A stretch of 64,000 bases of DNA, taken from NCBI RefSeq assembly GCF_964355755.1, contig NC_092678.1:1690422-1754421 (forward strand), read 5' to 3'. Made by a program: the position numbers and the translations under genes. The notes beneath the pieces are model-generated. The model worked only from the letters and a program-made list of their open reading frames with translations, was not told the DNA's origin and made no database searches. The DNA is from Antedon mediterranea (taxonomy: Eukaryota; Animalia; Echinodermata). Below, in pieces: positions 43,701 through 58,700 of the stretch (the stretch's first letter is position 1; the number at the start of each line of letters is the position of its first letter).

Positions 43701-46700
43701 CAGAATTATTGCAAAAATCCCAACGCATTCAACACGTTGTCGTTGCGTTGTGTTTGCGTTGCGTTGAACGGCTTTCAACGTTTAGTTGTTTATTCAACGA
43801 AAGTCATTATCAGCATGTCAAGTAAACAATTAGTTATTTCAACGCTAGCTGCTGCAGCACTAGACTGGCCGATTGCACGCCTGAACGATCAGTAACAACA
43901 ACAGGCAAAATACCTATCGGCAGTCACTACCAGATATTTTAATATAAATAAAATATATATGAAGCTTAGATATATTTTTAAGTATTGAACGGACAGTTAC
44001 CAAATAAAACACACAGTGATATTTCCCAGTGTTTAGTGAAGGAAAACATCGAATAATAAGGTCGATGCCAAGTCTAACAGTTAACACTGTACTGTAGGCC
44101 TTCCGGGGGAAAACACGATCTCACGTCGTAAAATCAAACAACGTGGAAATTACTGACATCAACACACGAGGCCGCCACCCTGGTTTCCTCAAGAAAAACA
44201 CCACGTGTGTTATGACGTATTTAACGATCGTTAATGACGACGAAGTAATTAATTTTATTTAGGCCTACATTTTTTAGCTGTTCGAGATTCAAGAGATAAA
44301 GTTAAAATATTGTTTCTCTATTTTGGTTTTTATTTTATAATTGTCCCATTGTTTGTTGTAATGTAATTTGAAAGAACTAAAAAAATTGACGTGTCCGACA
44401 CCCATGAACCAATTTAAATCTTTATAAATCAAACAACATTACATTTTTAAGTACAAAAAGCGTTTTGAATACGTTAACAATAGAGCGTGTTGAATGTGTT
44501 GAACCCGTTGACCGTTCATTGACGACGTTAAACAATTGAATCCCATAGCGTTGAACGCGTTGAAAACGTTGCGCGTTTTGAAAAGCATCACACTGTAAAC
44601 TGATTAAAATGTTGGCTGTTCGCTCGCATATTCTCGCAACTCCCATCCCATTCATACCGTTTCAGGAGGAGGCCAATATAATTATATTAAGAAACAAAAC
44701 AATAGTATGTTAAAGAGAAAACGCCTAAACCTCGCCTGTAATAATAGATTGTCTTGCATCAGAATAAAGTGGTTCTTTATTCTGAATTGTTTGGTTATTC
44801 AAATATTTGTGGGTTACACCTTGGCGTGAATAATATGGTATGGCACAGGTTTTGATTTTAAAGAAAACGCCTAACATTGCCTATTGTCATCAAATTGGTC
44901 ATTCCTATTTCTTGGTTATTATATTTAACGCTTTTCTCTGCATGGGTTACGTTAGGCATCACAATAATTAATTTATAATATAATACATGATAATGATATA
45001 TTTATGGATAATAATAAAACTAAACGATTTTTTCCCTTTTAATTACGCGTTATTTCATAATGAATGAACTCTTCACCTTTCGATCAGTTCGTCCCTCACG
45101 TCACGAAAAGCATGCGTGAAAAAGACGACGACCATGCTGGATCGTTATGTTGGTGGTGTATTGTTACCTTCCATGGCGGCGGGTGTAGGCTACGTTGTTT
45201 TTACGCTGTTTTTATAAATCGAGAAAAATGTAGTACAGTACTGCGAAGTTTTTAGTTTGGAAATAATTAATTACGATGTGACCTAGCCTCCAAGATTCAC
45301 CGCCGCCTTAACTTTGGTATTTAATACTCCAGTTAATATAGGCACACAGTAATTAAGGACATGACCACTACTTTTAACTGCGATGGCAGACGCGGCTCAT
45401 ATACACACGGGGCCTACTCGTTAGTAGTAGGCCTAGCCTAGTGTAATATATTAAGCTAGGTTTCCGCGGAAAAATACACATTATGTTTGTTTTCTTAAAT
45501 ATTTGTAATACTGTATTTTATACTATTACTACTACTACTAATACACACTGGCAATCTGTAAATACCATACGAATCCGATTGTTCGTTATTTCAACGCAAA
45601 CTCAACGCAACACATTGTGTTGGTTGAATAAACAGTTCAACGAACTCAACACTTTCAACGCCAATGGACAACGCAGTTTCAACGCTGTCAACACTTTAAC
45701 AATGCGTTGAATGCGTTCAAAATCTGCAATAATTCTGTCCGGTACTGTACTAATACACCGGGGTAACCCCCTACTCATCTCGAAAGATGTACTAGGTTTT
45801 TTAAAGTGCACACGAGCAAGTTGTGTACACTGGACCTACGGTTTATAGTCCTTATCCGAGAAGACTCGTTCTACCACCAGAACCATGGAGTGAGTGAGCC
45901 TCGAACCCCTGCCGATGTTATGGCTACGTGATTACGGTTCCACTGTCTTAACCGCTCGGCCACTCACTTTGATCTCAGGAGCTCAGCATCCTGTTGTTAG
46001 ATTGCCTTGGTATACAGAGGCACTATACATTATACATATGCTTTGATATACTGTAACATTCAAGATATAATTCTTATATGCAAGTACTACAATTATTGTT
46101 GTTTACAAAATGATGCCTAAATGGCTATAAATAATAATTCAATTCCAATCAGGTAAACAAAGATTATTTACCAAGTTATACATTACCTGGAACATTGTAT
46201 GGGTAGGTTTTGAATTTATTTGTACATTGATAGGTGATTGTACTTTGAAATCGGAAAGAAATCAATATTGACAGATTAGGGGAGGCATATCTAATGAAAT
46301 TTTGAAAACCTATTTCCCTCATGGATCCGCTCATGATAACTTTCAGTGGTATGGTTTGATCTTGTTGCACACTCTTAACTTTAGGCACTGGCCCTAAGCT
46401 TTTTTTCAGCTAAATAATAATTGCCCATACTAGCAGACCAAATACTACAACCGGGCACATACTTTAAGATAACTTATCTTAATAAAATGTTTTACTAGAC
46501 TCTAGAGAGACTAGACTAGAGTTATCAATATTATTATGCTTATACTGTACCTGCTTCTTGATTGATACAATTCAAAACTATCATATACAGTATATATAAT
46601 AGCAGTCTTACTATCTGTCAACAACTAAATTTTGTACCAAAGCTTATTAATTTGATATTTATTAGATTGAATTTGTATACAGTATTTGCAAATTTGAGGT

Positions 46701-49700
46701 AATTGTACTTTGAATTGGAAAGCTGAGACAAATATGTTGAAATGGAAATATGTATAAATGTTAATTCTATACTATAAATGATTAATTTGTCTGACACACA
46801 AGGCATAGTAGTAGTTATTAAATTCAATGTTCAATTGGAATATTTATTTTATAATCTAGCTGATTATTATCTGAAAATTAATGATACACTTTTTTCTAAA
46901 ATAACTACCTGTAGAAATATTAATAATTAATATTTACTAATTAAGACACAGACAAAAAAGGTAGAGAGAGTTGATATATCCAGTATTAGCAATATGCAAA
47001 TGCATTGAAAATATCACAAAAATGTCAATTTTAATTAGCTATTCAATGTGTATTATAAATCCTTCAACAATTAACGACCAAATCCAATTAACCTTGTCGT
47101 AATTAACCCAAATATGCAGATTACTGTTGTCATTTTGATAGACAATTATGTCCATCTTCAAAACAAAACTTAATGTCTTAAAAGGTTTTAATAATCCCTG
47201 ATTGCATTATGAATCTGGTCATTTACATGCCAAAGCCTAGGTGTGGTAGAAAATGTAAAATCTGACAGCTGGGGTAGATTAGATATAGTGTAGTTTACTT
47301 CTGTAAATGCCATTGTTAATAGACCAGTAAAATAGGCCTTCGGGAATTAAAACTTGGTTTTGACACTCATTGTTAAGTGACTCTACAATCAACGCATTTT
47401 ATTAATATTTGTTGCACAATTAACCTATGTAATGAAAGTTATAATTCCATCACATCAAAGATGATGAGATTAGTTGATGACTTGTGCTATGGATTTATTT
47501 CAGTTCCAGCAAAGATGCGTCATGCTCGTATGCTGTGTTGAAGAATTAGGCTGCTTGTAACCTTTTTTCAAATACTTGCGTCAAGAAACTGCTGTTTTTC
47601 CAAATCACAATTACAAATATTTCAGTAAATTATAGTACTACTGTATAAACCTAAGTTGAGGTTTCTTAAACATTGAAAAAAAAATTAATCAATCAAATTA
47701 AATTTAAAATAAATTTGAAGCAATGACGAATTGGTATTAGAATTAATTACATTATGTTACGTTCATACGTTCTGTTACGTTCATGCGTTGCATGAATGTC
47801 TTTGTAATGCGTCATACTGAGGTGGGAACCAAGCTATTCTAGCACTGTGCTATACAATACCTGTAGATTTGAGACAACATGAAACTAATACTACAGTACT
47901 ATCTTGGTATTGGAATTAATTACATTATGTTATGTTTGTGTGTTTTGTTACGTTTATGTGTTCTGTTACGTTCATGCGTTGCATGAATGTCTTTGTATTG
48001 CGTCATACTGAGGTGGGAACCAAGCTATTCTAGCACTGTGCTATACAATACCTGTAGATTTGAGACAACATGAAACTAATACTACAGTACTATCTTGGTA
48101 TTGGAATTAATTACATTATGTTATGTTTATGTGTTTTGTTACGTTTACGTTGCGTGAACGTCATTGCGTTGCCTGGTCAGAACCAAGCTTTATTCTAGCA
48201 CTTGCGATACTATACCTGTAGCTTTAAGACAACATGTAACTAATACTACTATCTCGGTGATTGATACTGTCTCATTGCATTAAAAATTTAGAAGAAAACC
48301 CAAGTTCACCTTCTGAATATCTAATGCTATTCTGTCACTGTTATTAGATTTCAAGATTTGAGCCCACATGCAGCTTTTGTTTGTCTACCCAATACTTGTT
48401 TTACATGTGAAACAAGATTGTTATGTTTTATTTTACACCACAATATTTACATTTATTAAGTAACCATAGAATTCATTACAAAAGAGATATCGTTTATATT
48501 CTATGTACTGGTTGTGGTTACGAATAACTTATGATATTCATAAATTGATATGATGTACGTCATTATGTAACTCATAAATAATAGATAGAAATGAATTATG
48601 ATTGAAAATGAAATATTATGCTAATATGTTCTTAGAAATTGCTAGGACTAGTATGTCGATGGGATTGGATTGATTAGAATGCGTCACAAAAAAGTAATAT
48701 TTAACAACAAAAAGTAAAAAACAAACTGAACCTGGTTTGAACTTTGAGTGCGGATAACCAAAAACCGGAGATATTTTCAGTTATTAAACTAAACCAAGTC
48801 CAATAGTTACTTTTACTGACTACTGCCTGCCCAGTAAAACTAACCATGTAGCTAAAAATCCAAACGTGCGACTCCTGTTAAGTCAATCATTGTATTTAAC
48901 ATCACGGTTAAATTTTGGTAAAAGTATGCATGAAAATATCCAAATGTGAATGATGGTCAAATCAGATGATATTATAATGTCATCTGATTTGACCATCATT
49001 CACACTTGGCAATTGTGGTTAAAGTTACAGTACCGTTTTTTTAAGTCCAATGTGAACAAGGCTTTATACTATGTCTCTCTACTATTCCTGTAAGTTTACA
49101 ATCAAATCTACTTCATACTACAGAAATTAGGAAACATGTCATGTCTTGAACGAGGATTTCTAATTCTTCAATATAAACATTCTTTCAATTATTGCCTCTG
49201 GATTTAAAGCGTATTATTAGTAACACAGCAATGTTTGATTGAAAATAAACTTTCACTGTCATTAAATTTGTGAATTCCTTTGAATCACATATTTTATCAT
49301 CATAAATTCCTCTGCCTTCTTGACTCATAAAATTTATCTTTGTTCTTCACTATGTTCATTTAGGATGATTCAGGGAAAAGTAATCTATCAGCTAAAGGGT
49401 AATTAGAGACTTAGAAGAAGGGAATGAATCTACATCAAAAAGTTGAAAGTGTCAAAGCTTTAGGTTCATAAAGGTTTAAAGATGAACTCAATGTCCTCTT
49501 CTCTACTTTCCTTTCTTGTCCTTTCATCTTCTATTGTCTCACTCTTCCCTATTTTTCTTTCGCTATACTCCTTTTGTTCTTCTCTCTAATATTCTCCTTT
49601 CCTCTCCTTCTTTGTCCTTTCCTCTTCTTTCTATTATATCACTCTTCCCTATTTTTCTTCCTCTTTGCTTTAGTGTACTTTTATTTCTTTACTTTTACCT

Positions 49701-52700
49701 CGTACCACTTCTCCCTTTGTTCCACCTTGTTTTGTTCCCTTCTTTATTCTTCTTCACTTTGCTCTCTCCTCTCCTTCCCTTTGCTCTACTTATTCTCTCC
49801 TTCCCTTTACTTTGCTCTACCTATTCTTTCCATCTTCTAGTCTCCTTTCATTTCTTCTCCTTCCTCTTTTTCTTCCTTCTCTTACTTCCCTTTTCCTCAC
49901 CACTCCTCTGTTTCTCTATTAGCCTCTCTTCCTCCACTTCTCCTTCTCTCTAAAGTGGAGTTGCTTGTTTATAGAGAGGGATTACAAATCAAGTGAGAGA
50001 TTAATTTCTTGTCAATATCATAACTTCAAATTAAATTATTATACATTATGAAACATTTATAACATATGAATCAAAATTGTTGATGTACAGTACTACTTAT
50101 TATGACATTGTTATCACCAGTTCCATGGTTTCCTTTTCAATCAGATCTATGTGAAAATAATATGTTCATAGTATGTTTTCACATTATCGTTGATATTTAT
50201 AGATTATTTCTTAATAAGATCGGATAATGATTTGGTTTATATTACATTACATATACTGTATTCTCTTAGTATGAACTCTTACTAATGATAATAGCGTTTA
50301 ATACTCTGTCAAAATAGATTGGCCTGGTTTATCGAGCCAGGTGCAGATATTTTACGAGACAGCCGAGTATTATAATTTCATGTTTTTAACAGTTATTAGA
50401 AGTGTTCCATCAAGCTTATGATTTTCATTAAAAAAAACTTTTGTGTAGGTGTTCTGACGACAATGTTTTAAATTGTATTCAAATCAATTTAGTCGATTGT
50501 TGATACTGTATATAAATTGTCCATAATAGGCAAATTCTGTAATTTATTATAGGCTAGAAGTCATCAAACATGTATCACAGTACAGAGAACCAAGGCATCA
50601 TTTAATATGTGAAGGGTTTACTGTTGTTTTATGTTATTGTTGTTATGTTCACTGTAATGAAGTAATATAATAATATTCCTACATTTTACGTTATCTGGTT
50701 TATTTCATCACCTCCCCACCTTTTCCTTTCAGCTTTCTTGGAATCAAAGGGTCTATTGTTCTGAGAATATTCTTCTTCATTTTTAATTGGTTAGGTTACT
50801 TCACCTCATCACTTTTTATTGGTGAATTCTCAGATTCTGATTTGAAAAAGAAGCGGGTCAAAGGTAATTTAAATCAGTAGGAGAGTATGCTCAAACTTAG
50901 CTACAGTATGTTTAAAGATGACATGCTCTGTCAGAGTTAAGCTCTTCACTATCAAACTTTATGTGCCCATATATGGACATGATGATGTCATATCACTACC
51001 ATAGTTGGGCACATCACTTCCATATTTAGGCACATCATACCTTTTTTGTCAAATTAGTTTAATAGTGTAGACAGAGCTTTAGTTTAGCTTTTTCTGTGTT
51101 TAAATGCAAAATCAATGCATCAGTTAAACATCTCTAGTGTTTGTAAACACAACGTTTGTTTTCTACTTCTTCCAAGCATGTTTAATACATCATTTGTCAC
51201 CAAACTAATTTGATTAAAGACACAATAATCTCATCATTGATTGTCACAAGAATTAGTAATCACAAGTGTTATTTTCACAGCTGGTCACAGAGTAATTTTG
51301 TTGCAGAGCGATTATTTCGACAAATTGTTGCCGTAAGAATTGACAAATGTAAATACATTTAACAATGTGTGTTTTGAAGTATAGCACATCTAGATCAATT
51401 CCATCTTGATGGGTTTCTTTGTAATGTGAAATTGTTTTCTATGTTGATAACGATTCATGGCAAAATTTGTATGTAAATATACTTGATTGACATACAGTAT
51501 TAAGATTTGTAATTTATTTAGCAATTCTGAGCATACTGTCATTTTTCATACTGTGTTCTAATGTTTCTTGTGTGCACAGTAGAGACCCCTATTAAGGAGA
51601 CACCTTCAGGACCCAACAGTGTCCCTAAACAGGGTTGGCCGCAGTGCAAAAAAAAGTATTGCCGTTTTGTTTCAAAGGGAAGTTTCCCCTGTAATAGGAG
51701 TGTCCCTTAAATATTAGGATGTTCCAAAAAAATATATTTTGATCATAATTTAATATTTCAACTTTTTTTTAAAATTATAGGTTGAACATGACTATCATCT
51801 TGAGGCTCTCGCTGAACTACAGTCAAAGGTCAGACCCCTTCCAGGTTAGTACTGTATATATATTTATAACAATTGAATAAATCTGTGAAAATTCTCTTTA
51901 AAAACATTTACACAACTATGTAAGGTAAGTTCCTTGTTTGCTGTGTTTATATTGTATAGCATGTGTCATGTTTTATTTCGCATTCTAACCTTTGAACTAT
52001 TTAATTTGCATAATGACCATATATGTCAATTGACTGCCATTAAAACTTGCAATGTATATTAATACATGTAATGCTGCATGTTTTCAATATATTTTATGAT
52101 ATAATAAAAGTTTAACATGGGTTTTGTAATTTCCTGTAGATCATCATTGTATTAGATTCTGAAGACTGCCATATTTTTAATTTTTTAAATCCATATTCAT
52201 TTTTATAAATATTCAAGGATGAATATTATTATTCTTATTCACAAACACAAATTAATTTTGATTATAATTTAATACCTACATAAATACAGTATATTATTCA
52301 AAATGAAGACATAAACATATTTGCAAATTTTGTTTGCCAAAAAATATATTGTAAATGTAAAAAATATTCTAGTTCAGTTACTGCAGTAACTACATTGTTA
52401 AAGCAATAACATGTATGCTTTTAGTTTGTTTCTATGAGGCATTAAATAAACAGGTTAATGAGAATGCAGTTTTACTGCAGTAGTCTATTTCGTGCCTAGC
52501 TTACCTGAATAAACCGCTAATAGCCTTTCTCTTTGAAGATAATAACTCGAAAAGTAGAAATTTTCATTGAGCACTCCTCTTCAAAAATGGTATAGTCCAT
52601 AAACTACTGCAGTAATTTATAATTTTAACATGGTCCTATTTTATTTTATATTTTGAATCAAATATTCATTCAGAAGATTTATTTCAAAAATATTTAAGTA

Positions 52701-55700
52701 TCAAGCCACATGCAGGTAAATTAATTTGTAAACAATTAATTTTTGTGAAATAATTGGTAAAAAAGGGCTTCATTTCAGATTTAATAATTTATTAAATGTT
52801 GAAATTCTAATCTTCATTTCAAATTTAACTGTAACTAATTTATAACTAAATTTCAAAATAATTGTTAATTAAAAATTCATTTGTTGTTTATTTGCATGTT
52901 TTTTTTAAGTGCTGTAAATAACCCATTTGAAAAGATTCATTTAGGATCATACTGTATATTTGTTGTTGGGCCAATTATATTTCTCATATTTCCCTTTGCA
53001 AAAAAAGGATTGATTTTAGTATGACCACTTGCATCAGCAAAAGAAATTTGCTTAAAACATAAAAACAAAATGGCTACTCCTACTGTATGCCATTTTATGG
53101 AATATCCACTAGTACATTCCTCATGTTTTTAAACCATAATGAACCATGTCAAAATGATTATACTGCAGTTACTGTAGCTTTTTTGAGTAATCATACACAG
53201 TACAGTAGCTCATAAAATTTTAAATTGAAAAATAAGTATACATCATTGCAGTAAAAAAAGTAATTACTGCAGTAACTGCAGTAGAATAATTTAGAAATAA
53301 TCCATAATGAATGTACAGTATCTGCATGATTTTTATTTTAAAATAAGTTTTGTGTTCTTTGCATTTTTTAAAAACTGCTCTTTTTTTTCTTTTAAATTTG
53401 TGTTTGTACATTCTCCATTCTTTGCATTAAATCATCCCTTCGCACGTTATCACTTCATCAGCTCATGTTCTTGGTCAGGCTTTGGGGATATCGGTACCAT
53501 CAGAGGACCAGCCTCCAATTCTGCCTTATAAGCGTAAGTTTAATTAATGAGTTTAAAATCAATTTATATCATTTTTAACCGTATCGTAGTAAAAAATTTG
53601 AATTCCATATATATACATATAGTAGCTCTATTAAGAAATAACAATTGTTAAATTAGCAATAACATAAAACTAAAAAAATCAAATTTCATAGTAGATTACA
53701 TTCATCATTAAATTAACTTCCTTGATCATTGATTAATGTCATGATACAGTGTAATTGTTAAACTACTTTGTGTCCGGAAGCTAAGTAAATTGGTCAGATG
53801 TTTTGCCCTACTCTGGTGTAATTGCACCATGTAGTGAACTGCGACTGTGAATTGCGAAAAAGTTCTAGGATGGGACTCGAACCCATGACCTCCAGGTCAC
53901 TATCCTGGCGCCCATATAGTAGACCACCAAGCTAGTCTGGTCAAGATTCAAGCCCAAGGAAGCAGCCTGTACTGTACTATGTTACAATATACTAAATACA
54001 CAATAAAACAAAATCAGAGTAGTGCAAAATATTTAACCAATGTCATAGAAATTTCAATACAATAATAAAATATACATACATAATTTATATTGAAATTTAG
54101 CATAATTATAATAATCCTTAATTAACTTTTGTGTAGCAAAAGATTAGTCTCCAATTAATATTTTCCTCGATAAATACTGTATTAATATTAATTAATTCCT
54201 TACTTGACTATAAATAATTTTACTGTATAATTTAACATAAAACGGTTTAACATTTCTTAACTCAATGTAAATAAAGATTTGTCCATCTTGTAGTCGATAT
54301 AAAATTGTTTTAGCTTGACTACATTTACATTCCACTCTCCCCTACCACTTTGGCACATGTGCTCTCAGAATCTTCAGCACCTCCGACAACACCCCCTCTC
54401 CTACCAAAAGTTTCTTTATCTTTAAATTTACCGACGCCTTTTTTTTTATCACCTTTTCTTTAATTTCACCCATAATTTCTTTTAATTTATTTTTTATACA
54501 CTAATTGCATTACATTTCTATTTGTTCTACCATTTATTTTGATTTAAAATTTCATTTAATAAAACCAAAATCTCTAAACAAAAGTTCAGCCAATGTTTGC
54601 TTCGTCTTTGTCATTTTGAAAGTCCAAACTAAACTCATATCACCATTAATGTTGTTGATTATGCTTTTTAATTATAGTCAGATAGATTTGATATTGTTGA
54701 TTTCATTTATTTTCAATGGTTTTTATGTATTTTAATATGTTTGGGATTGAAACAAGCTTTAAATGTTATATTTTATTAATTATTTTTTCAATAAATTATT
54801 CAAAACTAAATTCATTTCAGGAATTGTATTTTATTATTGAATGCCAAATATTTTGTAACTTTTTTTTAGGTTACTTTACCATAAATTGCAATTATTATTT
54901 CATTATAAAAAAAATCATTTAATTTGAATGTTTAGTTATCATTTCATAATTTTCTTATTTTGCTTTTTTTTTTTTGCTGCACACATAATCAAAACCAGAC
55001 CCCTTAAAGAAAAGCACCCGACTGGTGCAGAACGATAACGAAACAAGAAAAAGTAAATCAACACATCGTGCAAAAACTCCCCCTGCTGTTGCAGAGAAAA
55101 AGACACGCGGCCAATCGGTCAAAGAACAACGGTGCTACGATAACATTCCAGAGGCTGACTACGATGACGATACGCCAATTGGCAATGAGGAGACAGATTC
55201 AGACGTACCTGTAATGGCGGTACGGCCTACGGTACAAAAGGGTAAACACGTTCGTAGCTCAACATATAATGGCACCAGTTCCTTTACCGAGCAAAAAAGA
55301 AATGGTGTAGAATCTCCTGCTGCCAAAAATGTACCAAAACAAAACAATGCTAAACATTCTAGGCATAAGACTGTTGATGTTGCATATGACCATAACGCAA
55401 ATCCGAAATCACCGATTGCGAAGACGCCAGATAAATTGCCATATCACCATCAGTGTAAGTCTTGTTGCCGTGCATGTTCACGCTTGATTGGTTTCTGGAT
55501 CACTAATCTTTACGTGTTCTCAATCTTGGTGTTTGTTGTCTGCTAAAAGTCTCTTCTGGTGTAATCTTTTACTTGTGCATATAATATTTCTTTATTGATA
55601 TAATTGTCCATTTTACCCTCTCCTTTAAATTGATGTGTTTCTCACATTTCATCAGTTTGGTTCCTGGTTTAATAATCTCATACTTTCGCACGATTCCGTG

Positions 55701-58700
55701 TTTGCTGTTTTCCATTTTTTACAACTCGTGATCATTTCCTCACAGTTTGGTTCCTGGTTTCTTATTTCCATAATTGTAAATTTGCTTTGTTTTCCGTTTT
55801 GCACAATTAATTTTTTTCTGTTTTGTATTTTATTGTTAATTTATTGTTTGGTTTCTGGTAACATTTCCCCTCAAATCTTAGTATGCTTTTTATTTTCTTA
55901 AAATTTATATTTTCTGCTATATTTGTTGTCAATTATTTGCTAAATAGTTCTTGCTTGTTCCATCTGCCTCGTTTTTTTTTTTCACCTCTGTACATGTTTT
56001 TGTTTGGTATGTGGAAGAATAGAAATTGCACTTGTGCATAATACAGTACAAACATTCTAAAAATATAATTTTGTATATGTCTTAACAAACTATATTATTA
56101 TTAACTATAATATTTTTCTATATATACACTATTTTCAAAATATGCAAATGTTACATTCCATATTTAGTTATTTATTTTGTTATATTTTATATAAGTTATT
56201 CTTTGTTTTTTCTAGTATCTTGTTTTTGACATTTTTAGAGAGAAACCTTGTTGCAAAAATACCTCTTTATGATACCGATAATGGTATTGTAAATCCTCTA
56301 TGTTTTATCTAATGCTACCATATTGGTCAAATAACTAAATTTCTGATATTGCTTTCAAAACGATTATTAGGCAACTTTAAAATGTAATGAAGCGAATACC
56401 AGAATGGTTATATAATGTATGTGCACTTCAGCTTTAATATAAGCGATATCAAGCTATAAAAGTTGATGATTATCAAAGAAATATTATATAAAAGCAAACT
56501 CTGAAAAGTGAGGGTTTTTTTTTCAGAGTTCTTCATTAGATCAAAGAGAAATATCTTTAAAATGTTCGTATTGCATAGCATCAAGCATGGCAACTTTTTG
56601 CAGAAGTTTTAATTCTACTGTTCGGCACCTATGATTAATAGTTTGTTTACGTTTACAGTAGTAAATGTTTCAATGATTTCTGTCACTGTATTTGCGTCTC
56701 AAGGTTAAACTTAGAAATAGAAAATCTAGTGCTTTTTCCTGTTACTTTATTGTGTATTTTGCTGTAGAAGAAAACACTACATAGTACAGACTTACATCTA
56801 TGTCATTGGAATTGTGCCAATATCTTTGCACATTTACGATTATCCTATTAAGTTCAACGGACTCAGTATTAGCCGTCGTGATTAACGAATCATAACGCAT
56901 TTAGTGTGTAGATACTTATGCTGGTGCCAAATTGTATATATTTAATGTGGTTATAGTCCTATGGGAATTGCCTATAGATGTGGGTGTATACGTAGTATAT
57001 GTCATTAACGAATATGTGGCCTTGGGAACGCAAAACATTTCAAACTATTTGACACAACTGCAGCTTTTAATGAATGCTAATTTAAGTTAATGGTTTTGAA
57101 AACATTCTGTAACTTTCTACATTTTATTGTGATCTTATTTTAGTGAAATTTGCAACATTTTTTAGGCATATCAAAGTAAAATGAACGGGTATGAAATAAA
57201 TGGTTCATTAACAATATCATCTTGCTTTTGTTAGTAGCCTTCGTTTGTTTATTTTTCTGTTTATCCTAGAGAATGGGTAAATGTTATTTCTAAACAGCTT
57301 ACAGTAGAACCCCTCTTGTTCAGGGTACATCCCTATTAAGAGGACACTTGACAATATGTATGTTTACCACAACTACCAACTTCTATTGAGGCGACACCCT
57401 TATTAAAGGATCACTCGCGCAATGGTGTCCCCTTTAATAGATCTTCTACTGTAATATGTTTTAAAACTATAGCCAAATCTCTATTCAGGGAACAACCCTG
57501 TTATTTAGGAGACACATTATTGGGTCCATTATTAGGGTATCTTCTCTAATGATTTTCAAAATTAATTCAACAAAAAACAATATTTAACAAATTGGTAATC
57601 ATTATTTTAACAGGTAATAGCATTACTAGGCAAAAGGAGAAGGAGGACGAGGAGGATGAAATTCCATCTTTTCTGAGTCGTAAGTTAAAGATGATGTTAC
57701 CAAAAAAAAAAAAAAATGGTGGAGATGATTACTAACACCTTTTTTTATTGACTAAAGGCAGATTTGTTTACTAACAAATTTTCTTATCAACTATGGCGCA
57801 GATGTTGACTAATATTTTTTTATTAATTTAATGATATTGTTTATTTTTACAGCTAATGAGTTGGTGCATGAAAAAAATATTTTTGTGATTTATGATTGTT
57901 TTTTATTGTGCCATACTTTCTCGGATATAAATTTTGTTAATGCGTATTGATGGAGAGTTAAGTTTATTTTTTTATTCCATTTTAACTTTTAATAATCAAC
58001 TTATGTTTGTTTTCTATCCTTAATAATTTCAACAATTTACAAATTATTGTGCTTTGTTTTCTAAAATTATTAAATCTTAATGCCAAATTAATAGAAACAA
58101 AAATAATAAATTTCATAATTAGTTTTCATATTTTTATCCACGTAGGAATTATGTCAAAATTGTTCTTTTGTATTTACTGCAGTAACTGAATTTTTTAGTT
58201 GAATAACGTATGATTTTATTTTATTTCAATGTAAAAGTCTTGAACTGAAAGTAAACAGTGTATATGATAAACGAAAACGAGCAAACCAAAATGTAGTTAC
58301 TGCAGTAACTGAAAGTAAACAGTGTATGATAAACGAAAACGAGCAAACCAAAATGTAGTTACTGCAGTAACTGAAGTAGAATCATTTTGACATGATACTA
58401 TATATTATTTCTCTTTACTACTAATCTTTTTTTATTAGTAAATCCATACTTGACATCAGTTCTTAGATTCAGTGTATTTGAAGGACCCATTTAATCTAAA
58501 GCTCTGTCTACACTATCAAATTAGTTAAGGTAGTAATATGCCCAAATATGGTAGTGATATGACATCATCATGTCCATTTTATGGGAACATCACATATCAC
58601 ATACAGTTTGATAATGTAGACAGAGCTTTACTTACTGTGTATGCCCTTCTTTACTGATCTGACTAACACTTTTTCATGATTTCCATTAAAAATACAATTT

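Noticed and set aside
49516-49953. 145-aa hydrophobic ORF resembling a membrane protein
   Set aside because: Translation of a CT-rich low-complexity tract with a non-ATG start.
53862-53942. tRNA gene
   Set aside because: A and B boxes are present, but I could not fold convincing acceptor and anticodon stems; treated as a SINE head.
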